Below are positions 35,743 through 46,300 of a stretch of 64,000 bases of DNA, in pieces. The number at the start of each line of letters is the position of its first letter. Within the stretch, counting starts at the first letter, position 1. A model generated the notes under the pieces. The model made no database searches. It was not told where the DNA came from and worked only from the letters and a program-made list of their open reading frames with translations. The stretch comes from Hydrurus foetidus. Its lineage: Eukaryota. The translations under genes and the position numbers were made by a program. The stretch lies in contig UYFQ01000541.1 in NCBI GenBank assembly GCA_900617105.1, positions 1 to 64,000 of the forward strand, given 5' to 3'.

Positions 35743-36363
35743 AATTCATCTGAGTAGGAAACATTGCGCAACTAACGGTTAAAGGAAACTTGTGAATCGT
35801 AAATTTAGCTAAGAGGTAGGAAAAGAATCCCTAAGGAATTGCACACGTAACTTCAGCATAAAAAAAACGAGTAAAGCGTCACCCCGCTAGAGCATCTGTA
35901 CAAATCACAATAAAAGAACAAAAAATAAGGTAATTAAGAAATTTTGTTGGTTGTTATAGGAAAAGTTTTTTTATTGATAAATAACTTGAATTATAAGGAT
36001 AAATTTTGTTATGTAAAAAATTTAACTTTACAGTGAAATTCCAGTAAAATAATTTTTTTTCGTAGTGGGTAAATATTTTTTCAGTTGAGAAAACAAAAAA
36101 GTCTAACAAAATGTCGTAATTTGATGAAGGATGTTGTATACATTCAATAAGAAATCTACGTATATCAATATTAAATCTGCACTCACAAAAAAATTAGGGA
36201 AAACACTGTGTTGTAAATCATATCTTATAATGTTTTGTTTTTTTCTCTCATTTGTAAGGGATTTGAACTCTTAATTTTCGACTGAGTAGTAATAAAAAAA
36301 ATTATAAGACATCATTAAATATGTCCCATAACAAAAAAAAATTGTTAATAATTCAGGTTATTA

Positions 36364-37116
36364 TTAGCTGGGCTCTTTAAAATATTTAGCCTCCATTTGA
36401 ATAGAAGGACTCATGCGCATGTTTGCTGAAATCTGCTCAGCAACCAAAGGAATTGCCTCTTCGATCTTGGCCCGATCCTCTATTTTCAAAGCCACTGCTA
36501 CCCCATCATGAAATGGATGTAGAAATATTATATCAGGAAATTTTTGAGACATAGAAATGGAAAAAGTAGAAATAAATTCAAATTTGAATCCATTCAAAAC
36601 CCTAGGAAAAGTATTCCTCCAGTTGTTTTTGGTGTTTTCGAAGCACCAACCAGCGCCAGACTTAATCTTATTCCCTTCCCCGATGCTTTTCCTCAGCTCC
36701 TCTGAGGAATTTCGTAGGTTGGTGGTACCGCATAATTCTCTGCCTGATAAACGAAATCCCGGCAGCAAGGAAATTCAATGAATTCCTCCCTCGTACACAT
36801 AACCTCAAGAATTTTCTTTTTGAAAGCCGACTTTTCTCCCTGGAAAAAACTTGCAAACCCAGAGCTTAGCAAAGGATTTGTTAAAAGACAAGGCATTTCC
36901 ACTTTTACTATGCAGCCTCTTCATGTATTTGTATTTCCATATTCCTTCTTTTAACGGCTCTTCCAAGAACTTTGCTTTTTCTGAGTATAGAGCCACTAAA
37001 AAGGAAATATAACATGACTTCATGTCCAAGTCATAAACTACATAACCCAGTAACGCATTTGATATTTCATCAAAATATAAATCCCTTAAGGGCTTATACC
37101 ATATTAACCATTGCAT
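36364..37116 (-). CDS. divergent family A DNA polymerase-like protein (palm/fingers only, ~251 aa; interrupted, possibly a pseudogene)
   Basis: motif A YDLDMKSCYISFL, motif B AKLWV(F)ASFFQG, motif C FLHPFHDGVAV, in PolA order and spacing. Confidence 0.68.
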
Positions 37117-37251
37117 TCACCCTACTTATGATAAACTGAATTTGTAACTTCTCTGAAAAGACATTGTTCCTTAAAACTAACGTCTAGATAAGAGGTTTGA
37201 CTAAAGCAAAAACGGATCAAGATAAATAAAAGTCTCGAAAATCTAATCATA

Positions 37252-37323
37252 AGATAGGAAAGAGATTCGAACTCGTTTATCAAGATTTGCAATCTTACAC
37301 ATTACCTTTTATGTTATCCAATC
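37252..37323 (-). tRNA. trnC: tRNA-Cys(GCA)
   Basis: GATTGGA...TCCTATC-T, anticodon arm TAAGA-TTGCAAA-TCTTG. Confidence 0.9.
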
Positions 37324-37811
37324 CACCTCTTTATTATAGCCAAACCCTTAGAATGAATAAAGCTCAAAAAAGCGCAAAGCAAACAAAAAGAATTATCGTC
37401 ATTAAATGTTACAACTTTAAAGTTTTTTCTTACTACTTCATGTCTCGTAAGCTCGAGTCATAACTAACTGAAAAAAAGTAGAAGGATAGTTAATTTGGTA
37501 TACTTACAAAAAACTCTGCACTAGACTTTTGTTTATCAAAAATCAGATTTAGTTGTGTAATAGATTTCTTTTCTAGATTTCAAAATTTAAATTAAATGTT
37601 CTTCCTGTTTACAACGACATGTCTTTTAGAATAAAGATGATTTTTAACGTTTCAAGTCAGTCTTGAAAAGATAACAAAAAAAGTTATAAACTTTTCCTTC
37701 ATAAGTTCAAAGAATCTTTTCTGGGTCGGCTTAGATTTAAAAGTTTGAGAATCGTCACTACAAAGTTGAAATTTTAAGAAGGTACAGATTCGAATCAACG
37801 AGGTACAGAGC

Positions 37812-37884
37812 TAGGTAAAAGCGGGTTCGAACCGCTAACTTTCTCGTTGTAAGCGAGACGCTCCACCAATTGAACTACTCACCT
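37812..37884 (-). tRNA. trnV: tRNA-Val(UAC)
   Basis: AGGTGAG...TTTACCT-A, anticodon arm TCTCG-CTTACAA-CGAGA. Confidence 0.93.
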
Positions 37885-38212
37885 TTAAAAAACAGTTGCT
37901 TTCGACAAACAAAAGATGTCTTATAACTTTTTTTCCTTTTCAAGCCAAGATACGGAAACTACGCTCTCGTTTTTTATTTAGAAACAAGTTTTACAATCTT
38001 AACAGTTTACTAAAATCAAAAAAATTAACGCTTAATCTTCTAACGCACAATGAAAAAACTTTTAGTCATGAACTATAAAAGTTGTCAACAGACAAAAGTG
38101 AAATTTTCTATAACTAAAAATAAGACACTACAATTTGAACTAATTACTTCAAAGAAAAATAAAACTACTTCTTTCAAAAGATTGGACTGCACCAAGTTAT
38201 CTAAATAACCTT

Positions 38213-38292
38213 CGTATACGGGTAGGAGTCGAACCTACGATTCTTTAGGATGACTCAATTCTTAGCCTTTATAACAACTTAACTTCAGATAC
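38213..38292 (-). pseudogene. degenerate tRNA-like sequence
   Basis: perfect T-arm GTAGG-TTCGACT-CCTAC, partial acceptor GTATCTG/CGTATAC, no stable anticodon stem. Confidence 0.5.
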
Positions 38293-38521
38293 GAATACCG
38301 CGCAATCTCTAAAGAATTAGATCGTGATCAAAAGTGAGCGATATAAAGAAAATAAAAGTTTTGCGATCATAAAAAAGTGATTGTCAAGAACTTTTTGTTA
38401 GTTTTTCAAGGCACAAAAATTGAGAAAAGACAAGTTTCAAACTCAAATTTTTGAGAATCAAACTTTAGCTATTAGATAACATTTTCGAAAAGACGGGTAA
38501 GATATCAGTCAATAAAATTAT

Positions 38522-39136
38522 TTATTTCAGAAAAGATAAGAAATTGTCTGATCTCGATAATTGACGATAAAAGAGTTCATTTTTCCTATCGCTACTAAAG
38601 TTTAGCGTTAAAACAATCGCGCCTACCATCGATGTCAAAAGCAGTAATCCTGCTATCAAAAAGCATGGAGTGAAATAGTTGTACAACACTTGCCCTATGA
38701 CATCTATATTACTCAAACAGTCCATTCGATTGAAGTGAAGATTGCTTGAGTTAAAAAAGACTTCTGAAGGACTTTCAAAATACAAATAATCTTTAAATCC
38801 AAAAAAAGACTCTTCAACAAATTTATTAAATAATGCTAGCAACAAAAAAGATCCAAGAAATGCATAAAAGGTTTTAAATGAGAACAATCCAAGACCTCCA
38901 GTCACTTTTATGTTCAGCATCATTACAACAAACAGAAACAGAACGGCAACAGCGCCGACGTAAACCATAACGAAAACCAAAGCTAAAAACTCTAATTTGA
39001 ATAAAAGTAGTATTATAGACGCATTACAAAATATCAAAATCAAAAAAAGTACAGAATGGACCGGATTTTCAGACGTTAAAACAAGTAAAGAGCCTACAGC
39101 TAAACTAAAATTTAATAAAAGATGAAAAGTTTGCAT
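38522..39136 (-). CDS. nad6: NADH dehydrogenase subunit 6 (start placed at ATG 39136; the longer ORF runs into trnP)
   Basis: NPVHSVLFLIL, VYVGAVAVLFLFVVMML, IGQVLY, MVGAIVLT. Confidence 0.97.
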   Translation of the reverse strand: MQTFHLLLNFSLAVGSLLVLTSENPVHSVLFLILIFCNASIILLLFKLEFLALVFVMVYVGAVAVLFLFVVMMLNIKVTGGLGLFSFKTFYAFLGSFLLLALFNKFVEESFFGFKDYLYFESPSEVFFNSSNLHFNRMDCLSNIDVIGQVLYNYFTPCFLIAGLLLLTSMVGAIVLTLNFSSDRKNELFYRQLSRSDNFLSFLK

Positions 39137-39176
39137 TCTAATTTGACATAATTTTATAAAAGCTATATATGATCTT

Positions 39177-39249
39177 TCGGAATGGTGTGACTCGAACACA
39201 CGACTTTCCATTCCCAAAACGGACACGCTACCAACTGCGTTACATTCCG
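39177..39249 (-). tRNA. trnP: tRNA-Pro(UGG)
   Basis: CGGAATG...CATTCCG-A, loop TT-TGG-GA. Confidence 0.93.
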
Positions 39250-39396
39250 AAAAACCAAACCAAAAAGCAAAGGCAAAACTTAGATCAAAAAAATAAGAGC
39301 CAAATCTTTGTTTATCATATACTTCAATTATTTAAAGTGCAAAATGAAAAAACATGACTTTTAATTCAATTGCTGCAAATAGAATTTTAAGCACTT

Positions 39397-39469
39397 TGGC
39401 GAAAGTAGGACTTGAACCTACAACCAACGGATTATGATTCCGACACTCTACCACTTAAGTTACTTCGCC
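39397..39469 (-). tRNA. trnM: tRNA-Met(CAU), elongator type
   Basis: GGCGAAG...TTTCGCC-A, loop AT-CAT-AA. Confidence 0.88.
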
Positions 39470-39532
39470 TTATAATTTTATTTCAAGATAAAACACTAGT
39501 ATAAGATTTGAAGACGCTTTCTTTTGCTTGTC

Positions 39533-39605
39533 TGGAGGCAAACGGAATTGAACCGATAACTTCATACTTGCAAAGCATGCACTCTACCAATTAAGTTATG
39601 CCCCC
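39533..39605 (-). tRNA. trnA: tRNA-Ala(UGC)
   Basis: GGGGGCA/TGCCTCC-A with G3:U70, loop TT-TGC-AA. Confidence 0.94.
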
Positions 39606-39652
39606 TTCCGAACAAACTAAAAGAGTTTAATGAAACTTTTAATGAAAAAGGT

Positions 39653-40420
39653 TTAAATATAGTCTTTTATTTTCTTTAAACAATAAGAATCTTTAATCAA
39701 AAGATAAAAATCCTCTACAGTCAACTCTTCTACATCTTTTAAAACAACCACACAATTAGAGTAGTAATCGACTTCCACAAAAGTTGGAATTACTTTTGAA
39801 GAAAAAAAAGCCGATTTCGACTCTTTTAGATCTAAACACTCAGCACGGAACTTCGAGTTAAAACTAATGATATCACCTTTGCTTAAGAAATAATTTCCTT
39901 TTTTGAAGCGCCCATTAACTTGCACCTTTCGATCAGAAATTGCTTGAGATGCCTGATAACTACTTCTAAAAAAGTTTAATTTCCAGAGTAAAATGTCTAA
40001 TCGGAACTCGGGCTTCAGAAGAACTCTAGAGTGCACTAGGTCCGTCAAGCAAGACTTTTTTGAAAAAAGTAATGCGTCTCTATAAAAATTAGTATCTAAA
40101 GCTCCATCAAATGCGCTAGAATGTACGTTTCGTATTCTCCTTCCGTTTTCATAATGACTTTCAACTCTGTACCAATACCTAAAATTAACTTTAGTTAGAA
40201 AGTTATTTATAAAAAGTCTACGCTTGTATTTACGACGATTTGAAGACGCTTTTTTCCATCTGCTTTGTTTTAAGCTTTTTGCGCGTTTCTGTAGCTTAGA
40301 CCTTAATAATTTTTGAACTCGTTTCCACTTAGTGCTTTTAAAACTATTTATTCTCAAAGGAAACTTCTCAAAAATGGTAAATAATCTGTGGTATCCTCTA
40401 TACTTGCTAACAACGCGCAT
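39653..40420 (-). CDS. rps4: ribosomal protein S4
   Basis: S4 domain EFRLDILLWKLNFF.S..QASQAI...KVQVNG...Y.LSKGDII; C-terminal VEVDY. Confidence 0.93.
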   Translation of the reverse strand: MRVVSKYRGYHRLFTIFEKFPLRINSFKSTKWKRVQKLLRSKLQKRAKSLKQSRWKKASSNRRKYKRRLFINNFLTKVNFRYWYRVESHYENGRRIRNVHSSAFDGALDTNFYRDALLFSKKSCLTDLVHSRVLLKPEFRLDILLWKLNFFRSSYQASQAISDRKVQVNGRFKKGNYFLSKGDIISFNSKFRAECLDLKESKSAFFSSKVIPTFVEVDYYSNCVVVLKDVEELTVEDFYLLIKDSYCLKKIKDYI

Positions 40421-40551
40421 AAATATTCTTAAAAACCTAAAAAAAAATATTTCACACGTCTTTCAAAAGAAAAGCATGCGACTAAATCAAGAACCTCGCA
40501 CGCACTTTATAATAGGGAGAGTTTAGCTTTTTTTGATCCGAGACTAAAAAT

Positions 40552-41100
40552 TTACTTTTTTTTTAATTCTTTCAAACGTCTTACTTCATCCTTGTACCAA
40601 AAGCCTTTTCCCTTATAGGCATCTGGAACTCGCAATCGACTAATTTTCCTGGTGAAGTTACCTACTTCAGAAGAGTTTTGTCCCTGAACGGTAATGATAC
40701 TTTTACTAACCTTAACTCTAAGTTTGTACGCAAAAAACGCGATCTGTAAGCTTTTACTATAGCCTAACTTTAAAATCAATAAGCTTTTGCTTTTAAACAG
40801 TCCAACTTTAAAACCTAATCCTTTCAAAATCAGCTTGTTTCGATAAAAGCCATTAATTCCTTTTACCCATAGGTCAAAATTAGTCGTAAAGATACTCTTC
40901 AACTCTGACTCAATGTCAGAACTTAATAAAAACCTAACTTTGACGTCGTCTCGAACTACTGTGACAAAATAGGGCAAAATCAGGTATCTTCGACTTAAAA
41001 GTGTGATGACGACTATTACGCGCATTCCAGACAGAAAATAAATCAAAATTTTTTTATCTGTCAAAACGTCTAGTACTTCTTCTTTGGTGTGTAAAAGCAT
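40552..41100 (-). CDS. rpl6: ribosomal protein L6
   Basis: LKGLGFK, LKLGYS, LRVPDAYKGKG, LKELKKK; follows rps8. Confidence 0.94.
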   Translation of the reverse strand: MLLHTKEEVLDVLTDKKILIYFLSGMRVIVVITLLSRRYLILPYFVTVVRDDVKVRFLLSSDIESELKSIFTTNFDLWVKGINGFYRNKLILKGLGFKVGLFKSKSLLILKLGYSKSLQIAFFAYKLRVKVSKSIITVQGQNSSEVGNFTRKISRLRVPDAYKGKGFWYKDEVRRLKELKKK

Positions 41101-41104
41101 AACG

Positions 41105-41497
41105 TTAACAAATAAACAGGAGTTTTCCTCCGACTTTTTTTTTCTTACAGCCTGAAGTAGTAAGGAACCCTTTATCCGTGGAGAAGACTATAACGATTCT
41201 CCTATCTGAAATGTCACAGATATCCATGAAACGCATGTACTTCATAAGAGAAGGTTTAGAGATTAATTGAACATTCTCTAACAAAGACTTACCAAAAAAA
41301 CTCCTTAAAGTGATAGAAATCACTTTAGCTTTATCTTTTTTACTTCGTTTGAAGCAAAACGACTGAATAAAACCTTCATTGTATAAAAATTTCACCATGT
41401 CCTCGCGCACTTTACTATACTCGACTTCTAAATCCTCTTTATTTATAGCGGAAGCATTTTTTAGCTTTAAGATAAATCTAACAAAGTCAAAACTCAT
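41105..41497 (-). CDS. rps8: ribosomal protein S8
   Basis: LYNEGFI, ISKPS, STDKGFLT, VGGKLL. Confidence 0.94.
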   Translation of the reverse strand: MSFDFVRFILKLKNASAINKEDLEVEYSKVREDMVKFLYNEGFIQSFCFKRSKKDKAKVISITLRSFFGKSLLENVQLISKPSLMKYMRFMDICDISDRRIVIVFSTDKGFLTTSGCKKKKVGGKLLFIC

Positions 41498-41950
41498 ATA
41501 TATATGTGTATAAAAATGTTTTTTAGCGAATAAAACGAAGACAAAACGCTTAGAAATTTCGTAAAACTAGAATAGATCGTACACCTAGCATTTTCTTTAA
41601 TTTAAACCTCTAATTGTTAGTAAACTTGAACCAATTCTCATGACTAACTTTTGTGGAAATTCTTATGGCAACTTTTTATGATCGTACATAAAAATGCCCG
41701 TGGCTTGAAAAGTATACCTCTTCTTCTACAAAAAGTCGTACGCAGATGAATTCTAATCGAAACAAACAGTACAAAACGGTCACGAAATAACCATATGGTT
41801 CTTTCGGCTAAAAACGAGAGGAAAGTTGGGACGAACTTTCTTTAACTTTAGAATTAGCCGAAAAGTTAAAAGACGCAGTTTTTTCAAAGAAAAAAAGGAT
41901 TCAACACGGTAATCAGTTTCACGAAGTCAATACTTCATGTTGATGAAAAA

Positions 41951-42292
41951 TCAATAACGAAACTTTTTCTTTGTTTTTCCGTTTGTATGTGTACGTTGAC
42001 CTCTTGAAGGATGCTTCATCTTATGTCTCATTCCTCTATATGCTTTAATACGAATTAAAAGAAGAATTCTTTCTCGAATATCGTTCTTCTTGGCAGAACC
42101 AAAGTCCATCAAATCCGACTTTTTCTTAACAATCAAAATATGCTTTGCTCTAAGTCTAAAACCTCGATAAAATCGGTTATTAATCCCTAAAAAGCTCGAC
42201 ATCACGCTCTGTAAACCAGCACCGAAACCAAAATTCTTAGATAACGAATCCGCGAAAGTCTTTTTTTTTTTGTGCTTCATCTTATCAATCAT
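41951..42292 (-). CDS. rps13: ribosomal protein S13
   Basis: IKAYRGMRHKMKHPSRGQRTHTNGKT. Confidence 0.95.
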   Translation of the reverse strand: MIDKMKHKKKKTFADSLSKNFGFGAGLQSVMSSFLGINNRFYRGFRLRAKHILIVKKKSDLMDFGSAKKNDIRERILLLIRIKAYRGMRHKMKHPSRGQRTHTNGKTKKKFRY

Positions 42293-42606
42293 TGAACACA
42301 GTCAACATAGAATATTAAGTTTCAAAACTCAAGAATTAGAATTAGAATTTACAGTCGATTCATTCAAAAAAGTGTACTCTCCTCAGTAAAAAGTTTTAAT
42401 GAAGTGCAATCGACTCTGAGTTTTCTCTAATTATCTAATCCGTCAAGTCATCAGATCAAATGGATTCCTAATCACGTGGTATATATAAAAGTGTAATCCA
42501 TGATCTCCTACAATAGTTTACGTTTCAAAAGCACATTAGAACTTCAACCTCAAATTTCTATTAACTCTTCTTAAAAGTCTAGATCTTAGTTTACAAGAAA
42601 GTCGTT

Positions 42607-42679
42607 TATCTAGAAACGGATTCGAACCGCTGACCCGTGGATTTTCAATCCACTGCTCTCACCCCTGAGCTACCTAAAC
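42607..42679 (-). tRNA. trnF: tRNA-Phe(GAA)
   Basis: GTTTAGG...TCTAGAT-A, anticodon arm GTGGA-TTGAAAA-TCCAC. Confidence 0.93.
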
Positions 42680-43399
42680 TGTGAGAGCTTCTTGTACTCA
42701 AAAGAGTGAATAACCTTTAGACAAGCCAAAGCTTTATCTCTAAATACGACTAGACTCTACTCAAAACTTTACTTTACGATTCGTCTCAAAGTATTCTGCG
42801 TCAAATTTTAACCTACAAGGTCTTTTGCAATAAAATGCACAAGTTAAGAATATGTGCAATTCTGACTTGACATGATCAAAATATTTGAGATTTTTTAATT
42901 AGAAAAAATTCTGCCTAAAACACCAATTTTGAATTACATTGATTGAAAAGTAAAGAATCTATCTGAAACTTACAAGAATACCGAGTCCGCGTCAACTCAG
43001 AATGGACAGAAACTTGAGCATCAAATCAAATACTTTAAACTCGCATTTTGTCATTAGACGTTCTCGCCATAAGACTTAAAAAACTATTTCAAATTAGACT
43101 CGTTTAAAAGAGCATATTTCGATATCAAAAGGTCCATTTGAGTCAGATTCTAAAACGTTGTTTACGACTTTTGTGCTTTCTAGACTTTTTGTTCATAGAA
43201 AAAGTTAAATGAAATGATTACATTTCTTTTTCTAAATGTGTCAATGATTCTAGGCAAAACATCTCATTCAGTTAAAAAACTCACGAGGAGTACTTTGTGA
43301 AAAAGTGAACCTTCAATTTAAAGATTCTATGCCAAGGTTAATATTTGCACGAATTGTTTATGTATCTTTTAAAAAAATTTATTTTTTCGCGCAATTTTT

Positions 43400-46300
43400 T
43401 TGGTTAGGCTTCATTCAGATAAGTTTATCATGATTCAAAAAAGAGCTTCTTGAAAGATCTTTTTGACTTGTGTTTCCTCAAAACAAACAAAAAACCACTT
43501 TATCCTCTTCTTAGATTACAGACTTCAATTTTAAAGAAGGCCGTATTGTGACATTTTGATTCATCATGTCAAGCCTAAAATTGTGACCTAACGACAAAGT
43601 AAGATAGTTTATAAAATGTCATTTAGTTACTAAAAACTTCTCAACTGAAAAGCACAACAATGTGAAAGTACTAATAAATTACTCATAATCCTGCATGGCA
43701 ATGAGACTCAAGGAAACAATTTCAACAGCAAGTTTAAATTCAATTTGACGAGCACTAACTTTCTTTTGCTAAAAGGTTCCTAGCACAAATACTAAAACGC
43801 CTATTAAGATTGTTTTTTGTCAACAAACATTGTAAGCACAAACTATAAAGTTATCGCTTAAAAAATTTTGCAATAATATGCTAAGATAAAAGGCATACTA
43901 AGAACTAAAATGTTCTTTTTACACTACTTTTTGTAAAGAAGTCCCTTGGCGTAAAATTTGCTATTAAGAAAAGTTCATTTATGTAATTAAATTCGTCACA
44001 CGACTAAATTTTTAAAACATCCAGTCGAATCGTAATTATAACGATTCTTTTCATTATAAGTGTTACTAGTAAAGTCTGTCATACTTTTTTTCTAGTGTAA
44101 CAAACTACGCTTCAAAATGCCACTACATTTGACTGAAGAGCTCAACTCCAACAAAAAAAGGTCCACTACGAGTCGTATTTGAGGTAACAAATTTTTAGGC
44201 TTCAGTACTTATGCGTCTAAATACAGTTTATAAATAATTAAAAGACACCACTTAAAGCTTAAAATGTTCTGAAGGAAATTTTTGTATTCTAATCATATTA
44301 TTACTCGAAAAGAAGCTCGATGAAAAACAAGTCTCATTTGTGCAGTAGGATAGAGTCTATTAAATACTCTAAAAATCTAGTCTCCTAGGACGGATCGCGT
44401 TATCCAATACTTTGTGCGTGCACTGACTCCGAACTTCCAAAACGAAGTTCAATTTACTAACTTAAAAACTTCTTACTCAAAAAATCTTTCAATGGAATTA
44501 AGCTTTCACGTTTCAAAACACGACCAAGATTCCTATTGAAATCTTCTGTTTTTAGTCACTTGGGACTATCGAACTCACGGCCTAAGCTGCCTAAAACTAA
44601 AGAGGCTTTTCCCGTAAAAAGAGACTTATTCCTGCACGACATAAATCAATCTTAGTTTACTGCGATATCTTTTTGCCATAGGTCAATATCCCAAAAATCT
44701 CTAAGATCTCCTTCTTGAAAAAGTGTTCTACTGGTCATTCTTATCTTTTTGATTTAAGATACGGATCCTCTTTTCCTTTAAATCAAGTTTACTCTAAAGT
44801 AAAAAACCCATTGAAAAGTAAAAGTTACGACTTATTATCTTTTTTGCACTCAGCATAAAAGTCTTAATTCTCAAACAAAAATTAAACTGCTTGATTTTGT
44901 CAAAAATTAAGCTTTTAAACTTTGATGACTAGGAGTCAAAAATCTCTATAACTCTTGTACAAAGGTAAAAATATGTGATTAAACTCAAAGACATTAACAT
45001 TCTTTAATGCTCAAATCCGAATTCTCGATAAGATTTTAAATCTACGCGAACGAAGCTGTGCGAAGAAAAAACGCAGTCCAACTTAATTTCTATAATCAAA
45101 CATTGAACTTTGGCGCGATCAGAAGCTAATCAAAATGCACAATAAAGACTGGACTTGAAAATCAAGCGACTCAAGAGCTGGTGTATGAGCCTAAAAATTA
45201 CTGCAGCGAACCTTTGCTCACCTTTTAATCCAGTTAGATTACGTCCATCACCTCACTTTTGAAATGTCAAATATCGACGACTGAAAAAATAGAATTTTGA
45301 TCTATTGTTTCTTACCTGCGAGATGAAAACAAGTAGTAAAAAGCTTATAAATTTATCTCTCCTCAAAAATAAATGACCTTCTGATTTTTTTACAACGCAG
45401 AGTTTAACATTCACAAGAGCTATTGTAACGTTTTTGACGTATCAAGCTTAAAAGACTCTAATCTGAAACAGAGACGAAAAATACAATCTTACAAATGTTT
45501 ATTTCCATCCCCAATGAATTTATCGAATAAAAAACGCAACGATGTAAGAGTTCACGAATTAATCTTAATCATGTACAAGAAAGAGTAACCAAACACAAAA
45601 ATAACGGTCACAAATAGACTCCGTGATCACTTAATTTAGGTTCGACTAAAACTAACTTTCTTTTGCTATAAGTTTCCTAGCACAAGTACCAAAAAGCTTA
45701 TTATAAGTTATTTCGTCAATAAGCATTTTGGACACAAGTAAAAAGATATCGTCTAAAATCTTGTAATAACTCTAAGGTTAAGTGAAAATCATGCCAAGAA
45801 CTGAAATGTTCTTTTTACGACACTCTTTGTTAAAAAGGTCTTTGGCGTGAATTTCACTATTAAGAAAAGCTTAGTTATTCAATGAAATTCGTCACAATGC
45901 TAAATTCTTAGAATATTCAATCGAATCGTTTTTATTACACCCATATCTTTCTCATTATAGGTGTTCGTTTATGACTTTGTTATGCTTTTTCTAATGTAAC
46001 AAACTATGCTTTAAAATGGTCTGTGCACTTAAATGAAGAATCCAACTCCAACGAAAAAACATCACTCAAAGCTTAAAATGTTCTGAAGGAAATCCTTATA
46101 TTCTAATCTTACTATTACTTACAAAAAAGCTCGACGAAAAGTAAGTATCATTTGTGCAACAGGACAGAGCCTATTAAATAGTCTAAAAAGCCAGCCTTTT
46201 AGAACGGATCACGTTATTCAACATTTTGTGCGTGCAGTAAGTTCAAACCTTCAAAACGAGATTTAATTTGCTAAAGTGAAAAACTCCTTACTCAAAAAAA

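Larger units (their letters stand above)
32283..37116 (-). mobile_element. putative integrated foreign element (plasmid- or virus-derived ORF island) between trnL(CAA) and trnC
   Basis: co-oriented, closely packed non-mitochondrial ORFs, including a PolA-like ORF and two paralogues; ends not defined. Confidence 0.5.

Noticed and set aside
39137..39226. N-terminal extension of Nad6 shown in the ORF track (and likewise Rpl2 at 21567-21581)
   Set aside because: These extensions overlap trnP and trnR; downstream ATGs give normal lengths
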